The position numbers and the translations under genes were made by a program. From Planctomycetaceae bacterium (lineage in GTDB: Bacteria; Planctomycetota; Planctomycetia; Pirellulales; Pirellulaceae), in assembly GCA_002709045.1 (NCBI GenBank), contig PAPJ01000029.1:1057-65056 (forward strand): a DNA stretch of 64,000 bases, read 5' to 3'. Below the pieces are notes generated by a model that did not search any database, was not told where the DNA came from, and saw only the letters and a list, made by a program, of their open reading frames with translations. Positions 48,520 to 59,300 of the stretch are shown one piece after another; the first letter of the stretch is position 1; the number at the start of each line of letters is the position of its first letter.

Positions 48520-49293
48520 ATGCATGTTTTGCTAACAAATGACGATGGAGTTCATGCTCAAGGGCTGTGGGCAGTCGCCGAAGAAATTCAAAAAGATAGT
48601 CGGATAAGTCGTCTGGATATTATCGCTCCGGCAATGCAGCAATCCGGAGTGAGTCATAGCATCACTTATCTCACACCCCTGACACCCAAGCGTACAGTCG
48701 TTAAAAATCGGGAAGTTTGGGTCGTGGACGGAACGCCTGCTGACTGCGTTAAACTGGGGATTATGAGTCTGCTTGAACAGCCTCCGGATCTCGTAATAAG
48801 TGGTATCAATGAAGGGCTTAATAGCGGAATGAATGCGATCTATTCCGGTACAGTAGCAGCAGCTCGTGAAGCCACATTCTTCAATATTCCCGCTGCAGCT
48901 TTGTCACTGGAATATGAGAGTGAACTGGATTTTCAACATGCTGCGTTGTTGAGTATTTCACGAATATTAGACTTGTTGCAGAACTTGTTGTCACAAGAAG
49001 CCGGAAAAACCTTGTTGAATGTCAATATTCCGGCCAGTGCTTTATCATCAGACCAAGACAACGAACCCGTTTGTTGGAAAGTCGTTCCCATGAAGCTGAC
49101 CCGACATAAAGACCCTTACATTGTCGGCCGCGATCCCAAGCAACGAACTTATTACTGGTCTACAGATCAGCCGTTCGTTGAGGTTCCAGGAGCCGGTACT
49201 GATGTAGATTCGATTGCATCAGGCGCTATCACCATAACCCCGATGAGTTTTGATTTGACAGATTATGATTTGCTCAAAAACTTAAAGCTTTAG
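48520..49293 (+). CDS. surE: 5'/3'-nucleotidase SurE
   Basis: 257 aa with MHVLLTNDDGVHAQGL, SGINEGLN and YSGTVAAAREA. Confidence 0.9.
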   Translation: MHVLLTNDDGVHAQGLWAVAEEIQKDSRISRLDIIAPAMQQSGVSHSITYLTPLTPKRTVVKNREVWVVDGTPADCVKLGIMSLLEQPPDLVISGINEGLNSGMNAIYSGTVAAAREATFFNIPAAALSLEYESELDFQHAALLSISRILDLLQNLLSQEAGKTLLNVNIPASALSSDQDNEPVCWKVVPMKLTRHKDPYIVGRDPKQRTYYWSTDQPFVEVPGAGTDVDSIASGAITITPMSFDLTDYDLLKNLKL

Positions 49294-49868
49294 TTGTCTC
49301 TCTGCTCTCGTAATCTCTTTTCAATCTGAATGCCTTCCCGGATGTCGGTATGACCGTATGATTTCACATACCAGGCATCATTGGTTGCATGATATTGAAA
49401 GGTCACTTCTAAATATCTGGGCACGGTTTGATTGTTGATACCAAGCTGTCGCGCGGAACCTTTTACCACAACATTGAAACCGGTACGGGCCGTTAGAGGC
49501 GCAGTAGAATTATCAAACACCACGACCAGATTGTTTTTCACGCTGATCGATGAGATCTCGTATTTATTGAGTTCGTTGAGTGCCTGGCTGCGAACAATTT
49601 CCGATTCCGGAGATACGTAACCGACAGCAGTCTCAAAATCTTCTTTTTCAACGGCATCGGCGATGGCAAAGATTGTTTCGTAAATCCGTTCGCGAGGAGT
49701 CTTCACAGCACTTTCCATGAAGACTAAGCCGATAGTGACTGTAGCGACCGCCAGCGTTGCGATCAGAAGTTTATGAGTTCCAGTCTGGAACCAGATGGCA
49801 ACCAGAATCACACAAAGCGGAACCCCTGCAGCAAGAGCATATAATGGTGATTCGTAAAAAAGTTCCAT
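49290..49868 (-). CDS. membrane hypothetical protein
   Basis: 192 aa with two N-terminal TM helices and then a soluble domain. Its stop overlaps the surE stop (TTAG). Confidence 0.6.
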   Translation of the reverse strand: MELFYESPLYALAAGVPLCVILVAIWFQTGTHKLLIATLAVATVTIGLVFMESAVKTPRERIYETIFAIADAVEKEDFETAVGYVSPESEIVRSQALNELNKYEISSISVKNNLVVVFDNSTAPLTARTGFNVVVKGSARQLGINNQTVPRYLEVTFQYHATNDAWYVKSYGHTDIREGIQIEKRLREQRDN

Positions 49869-49870
49869 GA

Positions 49871-50254
49871 CTAATGATTTATAGATAGAGGCGGGTCACT
49901 ATTTGTCGAAGACTGTTCGTCAGATTGATTTTCAGCCGATTTGCGAAGAATATGCTGTTTCCAGAGTACGACCCAGGAGACGATAAAAATCAGACCAAAG
50001 AGGATATAGAGTGGTGTCAGTGTAACAATCTGCTCATTCGTAAATTCATCCGTGGTTCGTGTCGGCATGTCTGTTGCGCTGTTACCAGTATCATCTTCGT
50101 AGGTTTGCATCCGGGCTCGAAAGTTTATTTCTTCCAGATCCTGCCGGGTATCAAATTTACCCTGCAGGATGACCAGACTGATCAATCCAGCAGTACTGAA
50201 CAGATAAATCCAGAACCAAACCGACTCAGATAATTTTTTGCGTTGCTGCTGCAC
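49871..50254 (-). CDS. small two-TM membrane hypothetical protein
   Basis: The ORF track gives 49871..50407, but codons 1-33 of that ORF are the tRNA-Sec gene. GTG 50254 (VQQQRKKLSESVWFWIYLF…) was chosen as the first plausible start downstream of the tRNA. The start remains uncertain. Confidence 0.5.
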   Translation of the reverse strand: MQQQRKKLSESVWFWIYLFSTAGLISLVILQGKFDTRQDLEEINFRARMQTYEDDTGNSATDMPTRTTDEFTNEQIVTLTPLYILFGLIFIVSWVVLWKQHILRKSAENQSDEQSSTNSDPPLSINH

Positions 50255-50308
50255 TTTCGGTTCTTTCAGTACCGCTGTTTTGTGGCTTCCGCGAGGTATG
50301 ACGAAAAG

Positions 50309-50405
50309 CGGAAGTGTATGGGAATCGAACCCACCAACCGGACGGTTCACGCCCGGTTCAGCGGTTTTGAAGACCGTGGCCATCACCAGATGTGCTTCCA
50401 CTTCC
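50309..50405 (-). tRNA. selC: tRNA-Sec (anticodon UCA)
   Basis: Hand fold of the minus strand: GGAAGTGGAAGCACATCTGGTGATGGCCACGGTCTTCAAAACCGCTGAACCGGGCGTGAACCGTCCGGTTGGTGGGTTCGATTCCCATACACTTCCG. The acceptor GGAAGUG pairs with CACUUCC, with discriminator G. The D arm has about 6 bp with one bulge and a 4-nt loop UGGU. The anticodon loop is CU-UCA-AA (anticodon 50370-50368). The variable arm has 9 bp (AACCGGGCG/CGUCCGGUU). The T loop is UUCGAUU. The 5' GGAAG and 3' CUUCCG ends resemble E. coli selC. CCA is not encoded. Confidence 0.85.
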
Positions 50406-50446
50406 AAATGAAATTAAATTCATTACGAATGATTATGGCTTAAAAA

Positions 50447-50674
50447 CTAAGCCCATTCCATGCCCGTTATGCCACGGATACGTTCTTCGTAGTTGCCTAG
50501 CAGGCCGCCCACAAGTTCCCATTGTGTCGGGCGGCGGACTTCAATGTCCCCCTGCTCGTTTATGCGGATGATCGACTGCGGGGTGACTCCGGCCGTAGCG
50601 AGGTCATCAGCATGGATTTCATCATCGTTGATAATTTGTGCCAAACTCTGGCCGGTAATTTCTACAAACTTCAT
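50447..50674 (-). CDS. small conserved-looking hypothetical protein (75 aa)
   Basis: The ATG overlaps the rsmA stop (ATGA), which suggests translational coupling. It is acidic and has no TM segment. The function is unknown. Confidence 0.55.
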   Translation of the reverse strand: MKFVEITGQSLAQIINDDEIHADDLATAGVTPQSIIRINEQGDIEVRRPTQWELVGGLLGNYEERIRGITGMEWA

Positions 50675-51588
50675 AGGGCTTTGTCTTCCTGTTGCTGGAT
50701 TTCGCGAAAACGTTCACAGAGTTCAAACACGACGGGCACGGCCAGTTGCTCGGCACGCAACTTGCCGGTTAGGTTTAGTCCTTCCAGAACATTATCAATT
50801 TGCTGCTTGCTTAGTTCATTTTTAAAAACACTGACAAGTACCCCTCGTAGCAGCTTGCGGCGGTGAATAAATAAATTGCGGACAAAACGATGGTAATAAG
50901 CAAGATCCGGAATACGTCGGCGCTTATTGAAATCTGTCTCAAGGTGAATGATAGCCGAATCCACCTTAGGGCGTGGCCAAAAGACCTGAGGACTCATGAT
51001 ACGCACGATCTCAGGACTGCACTGAGCCTGAATCCACAGACTCAAGGCACCGTAATCTTTTGTGCCCGGACGAGCAACGATCCGATCAGCAAGTTCCTTT
51101 TGGATCGTAACGGTCATTGAGGTTGGCACAATATCGTCGAGTGTGAGTAGGTTTGTAATCAATGGAGTCGCAATGTTGTATGGCAGGTTTGCGACAAGCT
51201 TTAAACGTGCCCCATCGACCCCGGCCATTTCTTCACGGATCGTCTCGATTAATAAAGAAGATAGGTTGTTTTTATTGCGTAGTGCGTCCTGTTGCAGAAA
51301 GATGATGTTGTCAAACGACGCGAGTTCTTCTTGAGCAAGCTGACTGAGATTTTGATCGATTTCAACGGTGATCACTCGACCTGCTTTTTGTGCGATAAGT
51401 CCTGTCAGGCTGCCGGTGCCGGTGCCAACTTCAACCGCAATATCCTGCTTGGTGAGGTTCGCCGAGTCAGCGATCATATTGACGAGGTTAAGATCAATGA
51501 GAAAGTTCTGCCCGAATTTAGAAACCGGACGAATTCCGGCTTCCTCCATACGTTGTTTCAGGAATGTAGTAGTTTGACGATTGACCAT
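50671..51588 (-). CDS. rsmA: 16S rRNA (adenine1518-N6/adenine1519-N6)-dimethyltransferase
   Basis: FGQNFLID and VEVGTGTGSLT (SAM motif). The start is set at Met40 (ATG 51588), because the longer ORF would overlap ribE. Confidence 0.9.
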   Translation of the reverse strand: MVNRQTTTFLKQRMEEAGIRPVSKFGQNFLIDLNLVNMIADSANLTKQDIAVEVGTGTGSLTGLIAQKAGRVITVEIDQNLSQLAQEELASFDNIIFLQQDALRNKNNLSSLLIETIREEMAGVDGARLKLVANLPYNIATPLITNLLTLDDIVPTSMTVTIQKELADRIVARPGTKDYGALSLWIQAQCSPEIVRIMSPQVFWPRPKVDSAIIHLETDFNKRRRIPDLAYYHRFVRNLFIHRRKLLRGVLVSVFKNELSKQQIDNVLEGLNLTGKLRAEQLAVPVVFELCERFREIQQQEDKAL

Positions 51589-51601
51589 GAATAACCTGTC
51601 G

Positions 51602-52210
51602 TTAAGATTCCGTATTGGCCGACCAGGCGGACATTTGTTGTTCGACATACTTGGCCAGTAAATCAGTTTCCAGATTAACGATACTTCCCGGCTGTAATTT
51701 GCCAAGCGTTGTTACTTCAAGTGTATGAGGGATCAGGGCAACGCTAAAGCGTTCTGCTTCAACGTCTACCAGTGTCAGGCTGACACCTTCCACGGTAATC
51801 GACCCTTTAGGAGCCATTTGACGCGTGAGTTGTTGAGGAACCTTAAACCAGAAAGTAGACCATTGTTCATCGTCCAGACGTTCATCCAGAATCCCAGCGG
51901 CATCCACATGTCCGGTGACTAGATGGCCACCAAGACGGTTTCCAACCTGCAGTGATCGTTCCAGATTAAGCAAGTCACCGACCTGTTTACCCCCGAGGCT
52001 GGTTTTTGCCAGTGTTTCGGGACCCGCTTCAAATGCCAGACAGGTACCATCGATTGCGATGACCGTTAGGCAGCAACCGTTATTGGCAATACTATCACCA
52101 ATGTTGACTCCATCGGCCAGTCCACCGGCATCCACGACAATCCGCATACCCGGGCCCTGAGGCTCGAGGGCAGTGATTTTGCCGGTAGATTCGACCAGGC
52201 CAGTAAACAT
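51602..52210 (-). CDS. ribE: riboflavin synthase (alpha chain)
   Basis: 202 aa with MFTGLVE… and two lumazine-binding repeats (GDSIANNGCCLTV and GSITVEGVSLTL). Confidence 0.9.
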   Translation of the reverse strand: MFTGLVESTGKITALEPQGPGMRIVVDAGGLADGVNIGDSIANNGCCLTVIAIDGTCLAFEAGPETLAKTSLGGKQVGDLLNLERSLQVGNRLGGHLVTGHVDAAGILDERLDDEQWSTFWFKVPQQLTRQMAPKGSITVEGVSLTLVDVEAERFSVALIPHTLEVTTLGKLQPGSIVNLETDLLAKYVEQQMSAWSANTES

Positions 52211-52498
52211 ATTTGGTTTCCTCGGTGTTGTGCCGTTTACTAAAACGACCGGCTGTGCCCACGTTTTTTGTGGGCTGGTTAACCTCTCTCTTATTTTACT
52301 TCGATAGGCTTTATTGGAAACCGCAAAACCTTACACACCTATTGCTGGGTGAAGTTCAGGATTACGCGATGATGCTTGCCAATCAACGATGCTATGAGTT
52401 AAGCAGGGCTTGGTGTACTCACGCCTTCTGACAAGTCTCACCTAGTCAAAAGCTGTGACTTGGGACACAATACTATTTACAGATCTCGGTCGTTGTAA

Positions 52499-53833
<1,335 letters not shown>

Positions 53834-53994
53834 TCCAGCAGGTTCGTGGAAAATAAAGAACAGAAGAGCTATGAATAAGGTGCCCACGGCTCTTTTTGGT
53901 TAAACAGCCGTTAGATAACCCATCGTTCCGGTCAATCTGCCAGATTGAGTAATATTGCGTTGTTATTTGGATAGGTATTCCCGATAATAAAGTT

Positions 53995-55434
53995 ATGAGT
54001 GACCATCTTTACAATAAGGATATTACCGTTACACGGCGAGGCATGCTGAAAGTCGGTGCCTTTACCTTAGGGGCGACCGCTTCTGCCTTTAGTCCGTGGG
54101 AGACACAGTTACAGGCGTTCGCAATGCAGCCTGCCCTGGGTAAGGGTAAAGCTGAAAGCGTGCTGGTTCTGTGGATGGCCGGAGGTGTCACTCAGTATGA
54201 ATCCTTCGATCCTAAGATGGATGCTCCCTTAGAGATTCGAGGGAAATTGCAGGATATCCAAACGAGTTTGCCCGGTGTGCGATTTGGCGACACGATGACC
54301 GAGCTGTCTAAGATTGCTCACAAGCTCTCAGTGATACGCAGTTTTTCCCATCATAGCAATGATCATTTGATCAGCCAGGTGATGACTTTAAGTGGTCGTG
54401 TGGTTGGACGGAATGAGTTATTTAGTGAGCCGAATATTGGTTCCATCGTTTCGCATCTGCAGGGATCCCGAAACGGGTTGCCCGGATATATTTGCCTGCC
54501 CGGAATCACTCGCCCCGGACCACCTCCGTACAACTTCTTTAAGAGTGGCTGGATGGGCACTCAGTATCTTCCTTATTGTATTGGTGGACTGCCGGAAGAA
54601 CCCGACTTCACCGTTGGTGATAAGCTGGATGACCCTCCGGCCGAAATGGAAGAAGATCTGATTCCGAAATCGTTAGCTTTGACTGAAGATGTACCGTTGG
54701 CCAGACTAACTCGGAGAGCCTCGCTTCGCCAACAGTTTGATCAGGCCTTGAAACGCCTCGACGGGGACCAGCAGTTACTTGCTGCTGAAACGAAGTACAA
54801 GGGAGCCCTGCGGATGTTGTCGACCAGTGCTCTGCGTGAGGCGTTTGATATCAATCAGGAAGAGAGCGTTGTGCGTGAAACGTACGGCAAGACCAAGTTG
54901 GGGGGACGCTGCTTAATGGCTCGTCGTCTTATTGAAGCTGGCGCACCGTTTATCGTGCTCGACTATGGCTATGATTCTGACTATGGAAATATCTGGGATA
55001 ATCATAATGCAGCGAGCCAGAACCATCCTCCGATTCAGGAAATGGTAAAGCGTGGTTATCATCTGGCGGGAATGGATAAAGCATTTGCGGCATTGATTAA
55101 TGATATGGAGCAACGTGGATTGCTTGAAAAAACATTAGTTGTCTTCCTGACCGAATTTGGTCGGACGCCCAAGATTAATGCAAATGGAGGACGTGACCAC
55201 TGGGGAGCAGCTGGTTCGTTGTTTGTAACCGGTGGTGGTGTGAAAACCGGTCAGGTGATCGGTTCAACGGATAAGACCGGTGCTGAAGTAACGACGCATC
55301 CCTATTCGCCATCGGATATCGCAGCCACGATGTTCGCTTCATTAGGTATCGATCATCACGCCTTTGTGAACGATTTTCAGGGCCGTCCGCGTCCTATTCT
55401 TGAGCAAGGCGAACCAGTCGCAGAACTATTCTAA
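53995..55434 (+). CDS. DUF1501 domain protein (sulfatase-fold, Tat-signal)
   Basis: 479 aa with a Tat-like RRGMLKVGAFTLGATASAF signal. The blocks EFGRTP…GGRDHWG are as remembered for planctomycete DUF1501. Confidence 0.8.
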   Translation: MSDHLYNKDITVTRRGMLKVGAFTLGATASAFSPWETQLQAFAMQPALGKGKAESVLVLWMAGGVTQYESFDPKMDAPLEIRGKLQDIQTSLPGVRFGDTMTELSKIAHKLSVIRSFSHHSNDHLISQVMTLSGRVVGRNELFSEPNIGSIVSHLQGSRNGLPGYICLPGITRPGPPPYNFFKSGWMGTQYLPYCIGGLPEEPDFTVGDKLDDPPAEMEEDLIPKSLALTEDVPLARLTRRASLRQQFDQALKRLDGDQQLLAAETKYKGALRMLSTSALREAFDINQEESVVRETYGKTKLGGRCLMARRLIEAGAPFIVLDYGYDSDYGNIWDNHNAASQNHPPIQEMVKRGYHLAGMDKAFAALINDMEQRGLLEKTLVVFLTEFGRTPKINANGGRDHWGAAGSLFVTGGGVKTGQVIGSTDKTGAEVTTHPYSPSDIAATMFASLGIDHHAFVNDFQGRPRPILEQGEPVAELF

Positions 55435-55449
55435 CAGTCAGCAAACGGC

Positions 55450-55848
55450 TTATTCTACATGGATAATACGAGTGTTTATCATTGAGGCCCGCAGTTCACG
55501 GACTTTTTCCTGAGTAACCTTGCTGCCAGTCAGGCTAAGTACGATCAGATGGTGCATCGTGCCAAGTGTCTCGAGAGCTTTATCGGTGACGGCTGTTGCT
55601 GACAAATCGAGCGTTTCCAGAGAAGTTAACGTGCTGAGAACTTCCAAAGCCTGATCGGTGATTGCCGTACCCTGTAGATTGAGCTCCACCAGTTTGGCTT
55701 GCCCCCGCAGATTTTGCAACCATTGATCATTGATGATCCTTCCGGACGCTCCCAGATCTATCGTGTGCAATAGGCCACTCTTAAAACGACGAGTTTGTCC
55801 GCCTATGGATTCGATTTGTTTGCTGGTGATCAAATTTGAGTCGCTCAT
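55450..55848 (-). CDS. small leucine-rich repeat protein
   Basis: 132 aa with three to four LxxLxLxxTxVTDxxL repeats (LVELNLQGTAITDQALEVL, LETLDLSATAVTDKALETL, LIVLSLTGSKVT). There is no signal peptide. Confidence 0.7.
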   Translation of the reverse strand: MSDSNLITSKQIESIGGQTRRFKSGLLHTIDLGASGRIINDQWLQNLRGQAKLVELNLQGTAITDQALEVLSTLTSLETLDLSATAVTDKALETLGTMHHLIVLSLTGSKVTQEKVRELRASMINTRIIHVE

Positions 55849-56347
55849 ACTTTCCTAAACTAGCCTGCATAAGATTAATCGGCAACGGCTGCTTGGATTT
55901 TGGTAGTTGTTAAGATGTAACGCCTGAACACATTTTACATCGTGTACAACTTCTAGCGGGCACTGTAGTAAACATTGTTTCTTACAGGTATCCTTGCCGA
56001 AAGAAAAGAAGCAGGCAGTAGTTCTCTGGATGTAAACAGCATTGGAATGTGTTTTTGCACTGTCGAGGGTGTCTTTTGTCTGCGGTGTTTTACCAGGGAT
56101 TGGTTGAGAAACATTTCAATTGTCGTATTTCGTGCAGGGACAGGCACGGATACATAGTGGGTTCTACTGGTTATAACGGTTACAATTTGTCAAAACATCG
56201 GAAAAGAGGAATGTTTGACAGGGCTGTTTGCCAGATTTAAGACCTCGTGTTAATCTGAAATCTCGGGAACTGATGGAGTAGTTAGTAGTTTCTGGAATGG
56301 AATTCTAAGAACCGAGACAGACAAATATTGGTGTTGGAGTTGATGCG

Positions 56348-59300
56348 GTGAATTTAGATCGCTTATTTGCCCCGTACAAGCCCATCGAAACCCATCTGGT
56401 CGATTCCCTGGAGTATTGGGGAAAAGAACGTCCGGATCAGATAGCATATACGTTTCTGGTTGATGGTGAAGAAGATGAGTTGCAGATCACTTATGCAGAA
56501 TTGAGAGATTCGGCTCGAGCTATTGCTGCGCAATTGCAGGAATCGGGCTCGGTCAAAGGTGAACGGGTATTACTTCTTTATCATCCCGGAATGGAATTCA
56601 TCAAAGGATTTCTGGGCTGTTTGTTTGCCGGAGCTATCGCTGTACCGGCCTATCCTCCGCGACGAAATCGCAAGATGAATCGTATCGATTCGATCTCTGA
56701 CGATGCAAAACCAAAGTTTGTTTTTGCGACTCGTGATGTGATCGATCGTGGTGAGCATATACTGGAAGATAGTCCGCGATTACAGTCGGCAAAATGGATT
56801 GCGACTGAAGAAGTTCCGGTCGAAAAGAGTACCGATTGGAAGAATCCGGATATCGAAAAAGATGATTTAGCATTTCTCCAATACACATCCGGTTCAACCG
56901 GAACTCCCAAAGGCGTAATGATCTCGCATGGTAACATGCTCGCTAATCTACAGATGATTACTTATGCTTTTGATCTGAGTTGGAAGTCCCGTGGTTTGAG
57001 CTGGTTGCCGGCTTACCATGATATGGGACTCATCGGAGGCCTTTTGGCTCCGCTTTATACCAGTTGTTTCTGCGTCTTTATGTCCCCCATGGCATTCTTA
57101 CAGAAACCGATTCGCTGGCTAAAGGCGATTTCCAGATATAAGATCACTATTTCAGGTGGTCCAAACTTTGCCTATGACCTTTGTTCTCAGCAAATCACTG
57201 AAGAACAGATGGAGGGTTTGAATCTTAGTCGTTGGCGGTTGGCATATAACGGCGCTGAACCAATTCGTTCTTCAACGCTCAATGACTTCTCTAGAAAGTT
57301 TGAAGAAGTTGGTTTTAATTCACAGGTCTTTTATCCTTGTTATGGCATGGCCGAAGCCACGTTGATCGTGACTGGTAAAGTCTCGACTGAAAAACCAACT
57401 CTAAAGTCATTTGATAACGATTCGCTGCATGAACATCATGTGGTGCCGGTCAGCCCGGACACTCGTGGTGCCCGAACCTTAGTTGGCTGTGGATGTGTAT
57501 TTCCCAACGAAGATGTTGCCATTGTTGATTCACAAACCTATAAACGGCTGCCGTCAGGTGAAGTGGGTGAGATTTGGGTGAACAGTCCAAGTGTTGGCCG
57601 GGGCTATTGGGATAAGCCGGCATTATCACAGCAGACGTTCGAAGCTAAATTGGCAGATTCGCAAACCGGTCCTTATCTGAGAACCGGGGATCTGGGCTTT
57701 GTTCAGGGTGACGATCTTTTTGTCACGGGTCGTTTAAAAGATCTGATCATTATTCGCGGTGTAAATCGTTATCCGCAGGATATCGAACTGACGGTGGAAC
57801 GTGCTAGTAACCGGTTGCAAAACGGTGCCGTTGGCTGCTTTGCTGTGGATATAGAAGGTCGGGAACGACTTATTGTCGTGGCGGAAGTTGAACGTAAACG
57901 ACGAGAAGACTGGAGTGATGTGATTCAGGCAATTCGGCATGATGTGACAGCTGAACATGATGTTCCGCCAGATGGAATTGTACTTGTACGATTTGGTTCG
58001 ATTCCTAAGACTTCAAGCGGAAAGATTCAGCGACACGCATGTCGAAACAGTTTCCTCGATGGCTCGCTAAAAACAATCGCTTCCTGGTTGGCATGGGAAG
58101 ATACCGTTGCTCAAGAGGTGGTAATAACGGCAACGGCCGCTGATAAGAATTTAGCGGTTGGAGATCTGCCAACCGGTCTTCTTGAGTTGGTCATGGAAAA
58201 AGTTCGTGACGTTGCACGAGAACGTGCGGGAAGCATCAATGCGGAAACAAATATCGTGACTGACCTTGGACTGGACTCACTCGAACGGCTTCAAATTGCT
58301 AATTCGATTGAAGAAGTCTTTGGTCAACGTTTTCCTGAGGATGTGCTGCAGGAAATTGAAACCATTTCACAAGTTGCTTCGGCCGTTAAGGATCATTTCA
58401 AAGATATCGATGCTCAGTTAGGTCAGGTGGCGAAGAAGCCTAAGAGCATACGCAGTGCCCAGATCGAAATCCCTGAATCAGATTATAACTTTGCATTGAT
58501 GCCGGAATATGTACGCCTGCAAAAGACGAAGAAGCTTCTGGCTTCAACAGGTTTACCTAATCCGTATTTTAGTGTTCATGAAGAATTAACCAATGATACG
58601 ACAACGATTAACGGTCGTGAACTTTTAAGTTGGTCTAGCTATAACTATCTGGGAATGTCCGGTGACCCTGCCGTCGTGAAGGCTTCTCAGGAAGCGGTTG
58701 AAAAATATGGGACCAGTGTTTCGGCCAGTCGCTTGGTTTCTGGTGAAAAGCCGATCCATCGTGAACTGGAACAGGGGATCGCGGACTTTATCGGTGTCGA
58801 GGACGCGATTACCTATGTTGGCGGTCACTCGACCAATGAATCGACGATCGGTCACCTTTTTGGCTCTGGTGATCTGATTGTTCATGACAGTTTGTCACAT
58901 AACAGTATTATTCAGGGATCAATCCTATCCGGTGCTCGTCGTCGGCCGTTTAAGCACAATGACTGGCGTGAACTGGATGAGATTTTAAGCGAAGTCCGCC
59001 ACGAGTACCGACGCGTGTTGGTCGTGGTGGAAGGTGTCTATAGTATGGACGGTGACTTCCCTGACCTGCCTAAGTTTATTGAGATTAAGAAGCGACATCA
59101 TTGCTTTCTGATGGTTGACGAAGCTCACTCCATCGGTACGATGGGCGAACATGGTCGCGGTATTAGCGAACACTTCGGGGTAGATGCTCGTGAAGTTGAC
59201 ATCTGGATGGGTACGTTAAGCAAGACCTTTGGAAGCTGTGGTGGTTACATTGCAGGAACCAAGGAACTTGTAGAATATCTCAAATACACTTCACCCGGTT

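Noticed and set aside
50255-50407. N-terminal 51 codons of ORF 49871..50407
   Set aside because: Codons 1-33 coincide with the tRNA-Sec gene (50309-50405), so the membrane protein must start downstream of it. GTG 50254 was chosen.
53995-55434. DUF1501 gene lacking its usual DUF1549/DUF1553 (PSD1) partner
   Set aside because: The orphan status was noted, but these families are highly paralogous in planctomycete-type genomes and unpaired copies are common. It is not considered informative.
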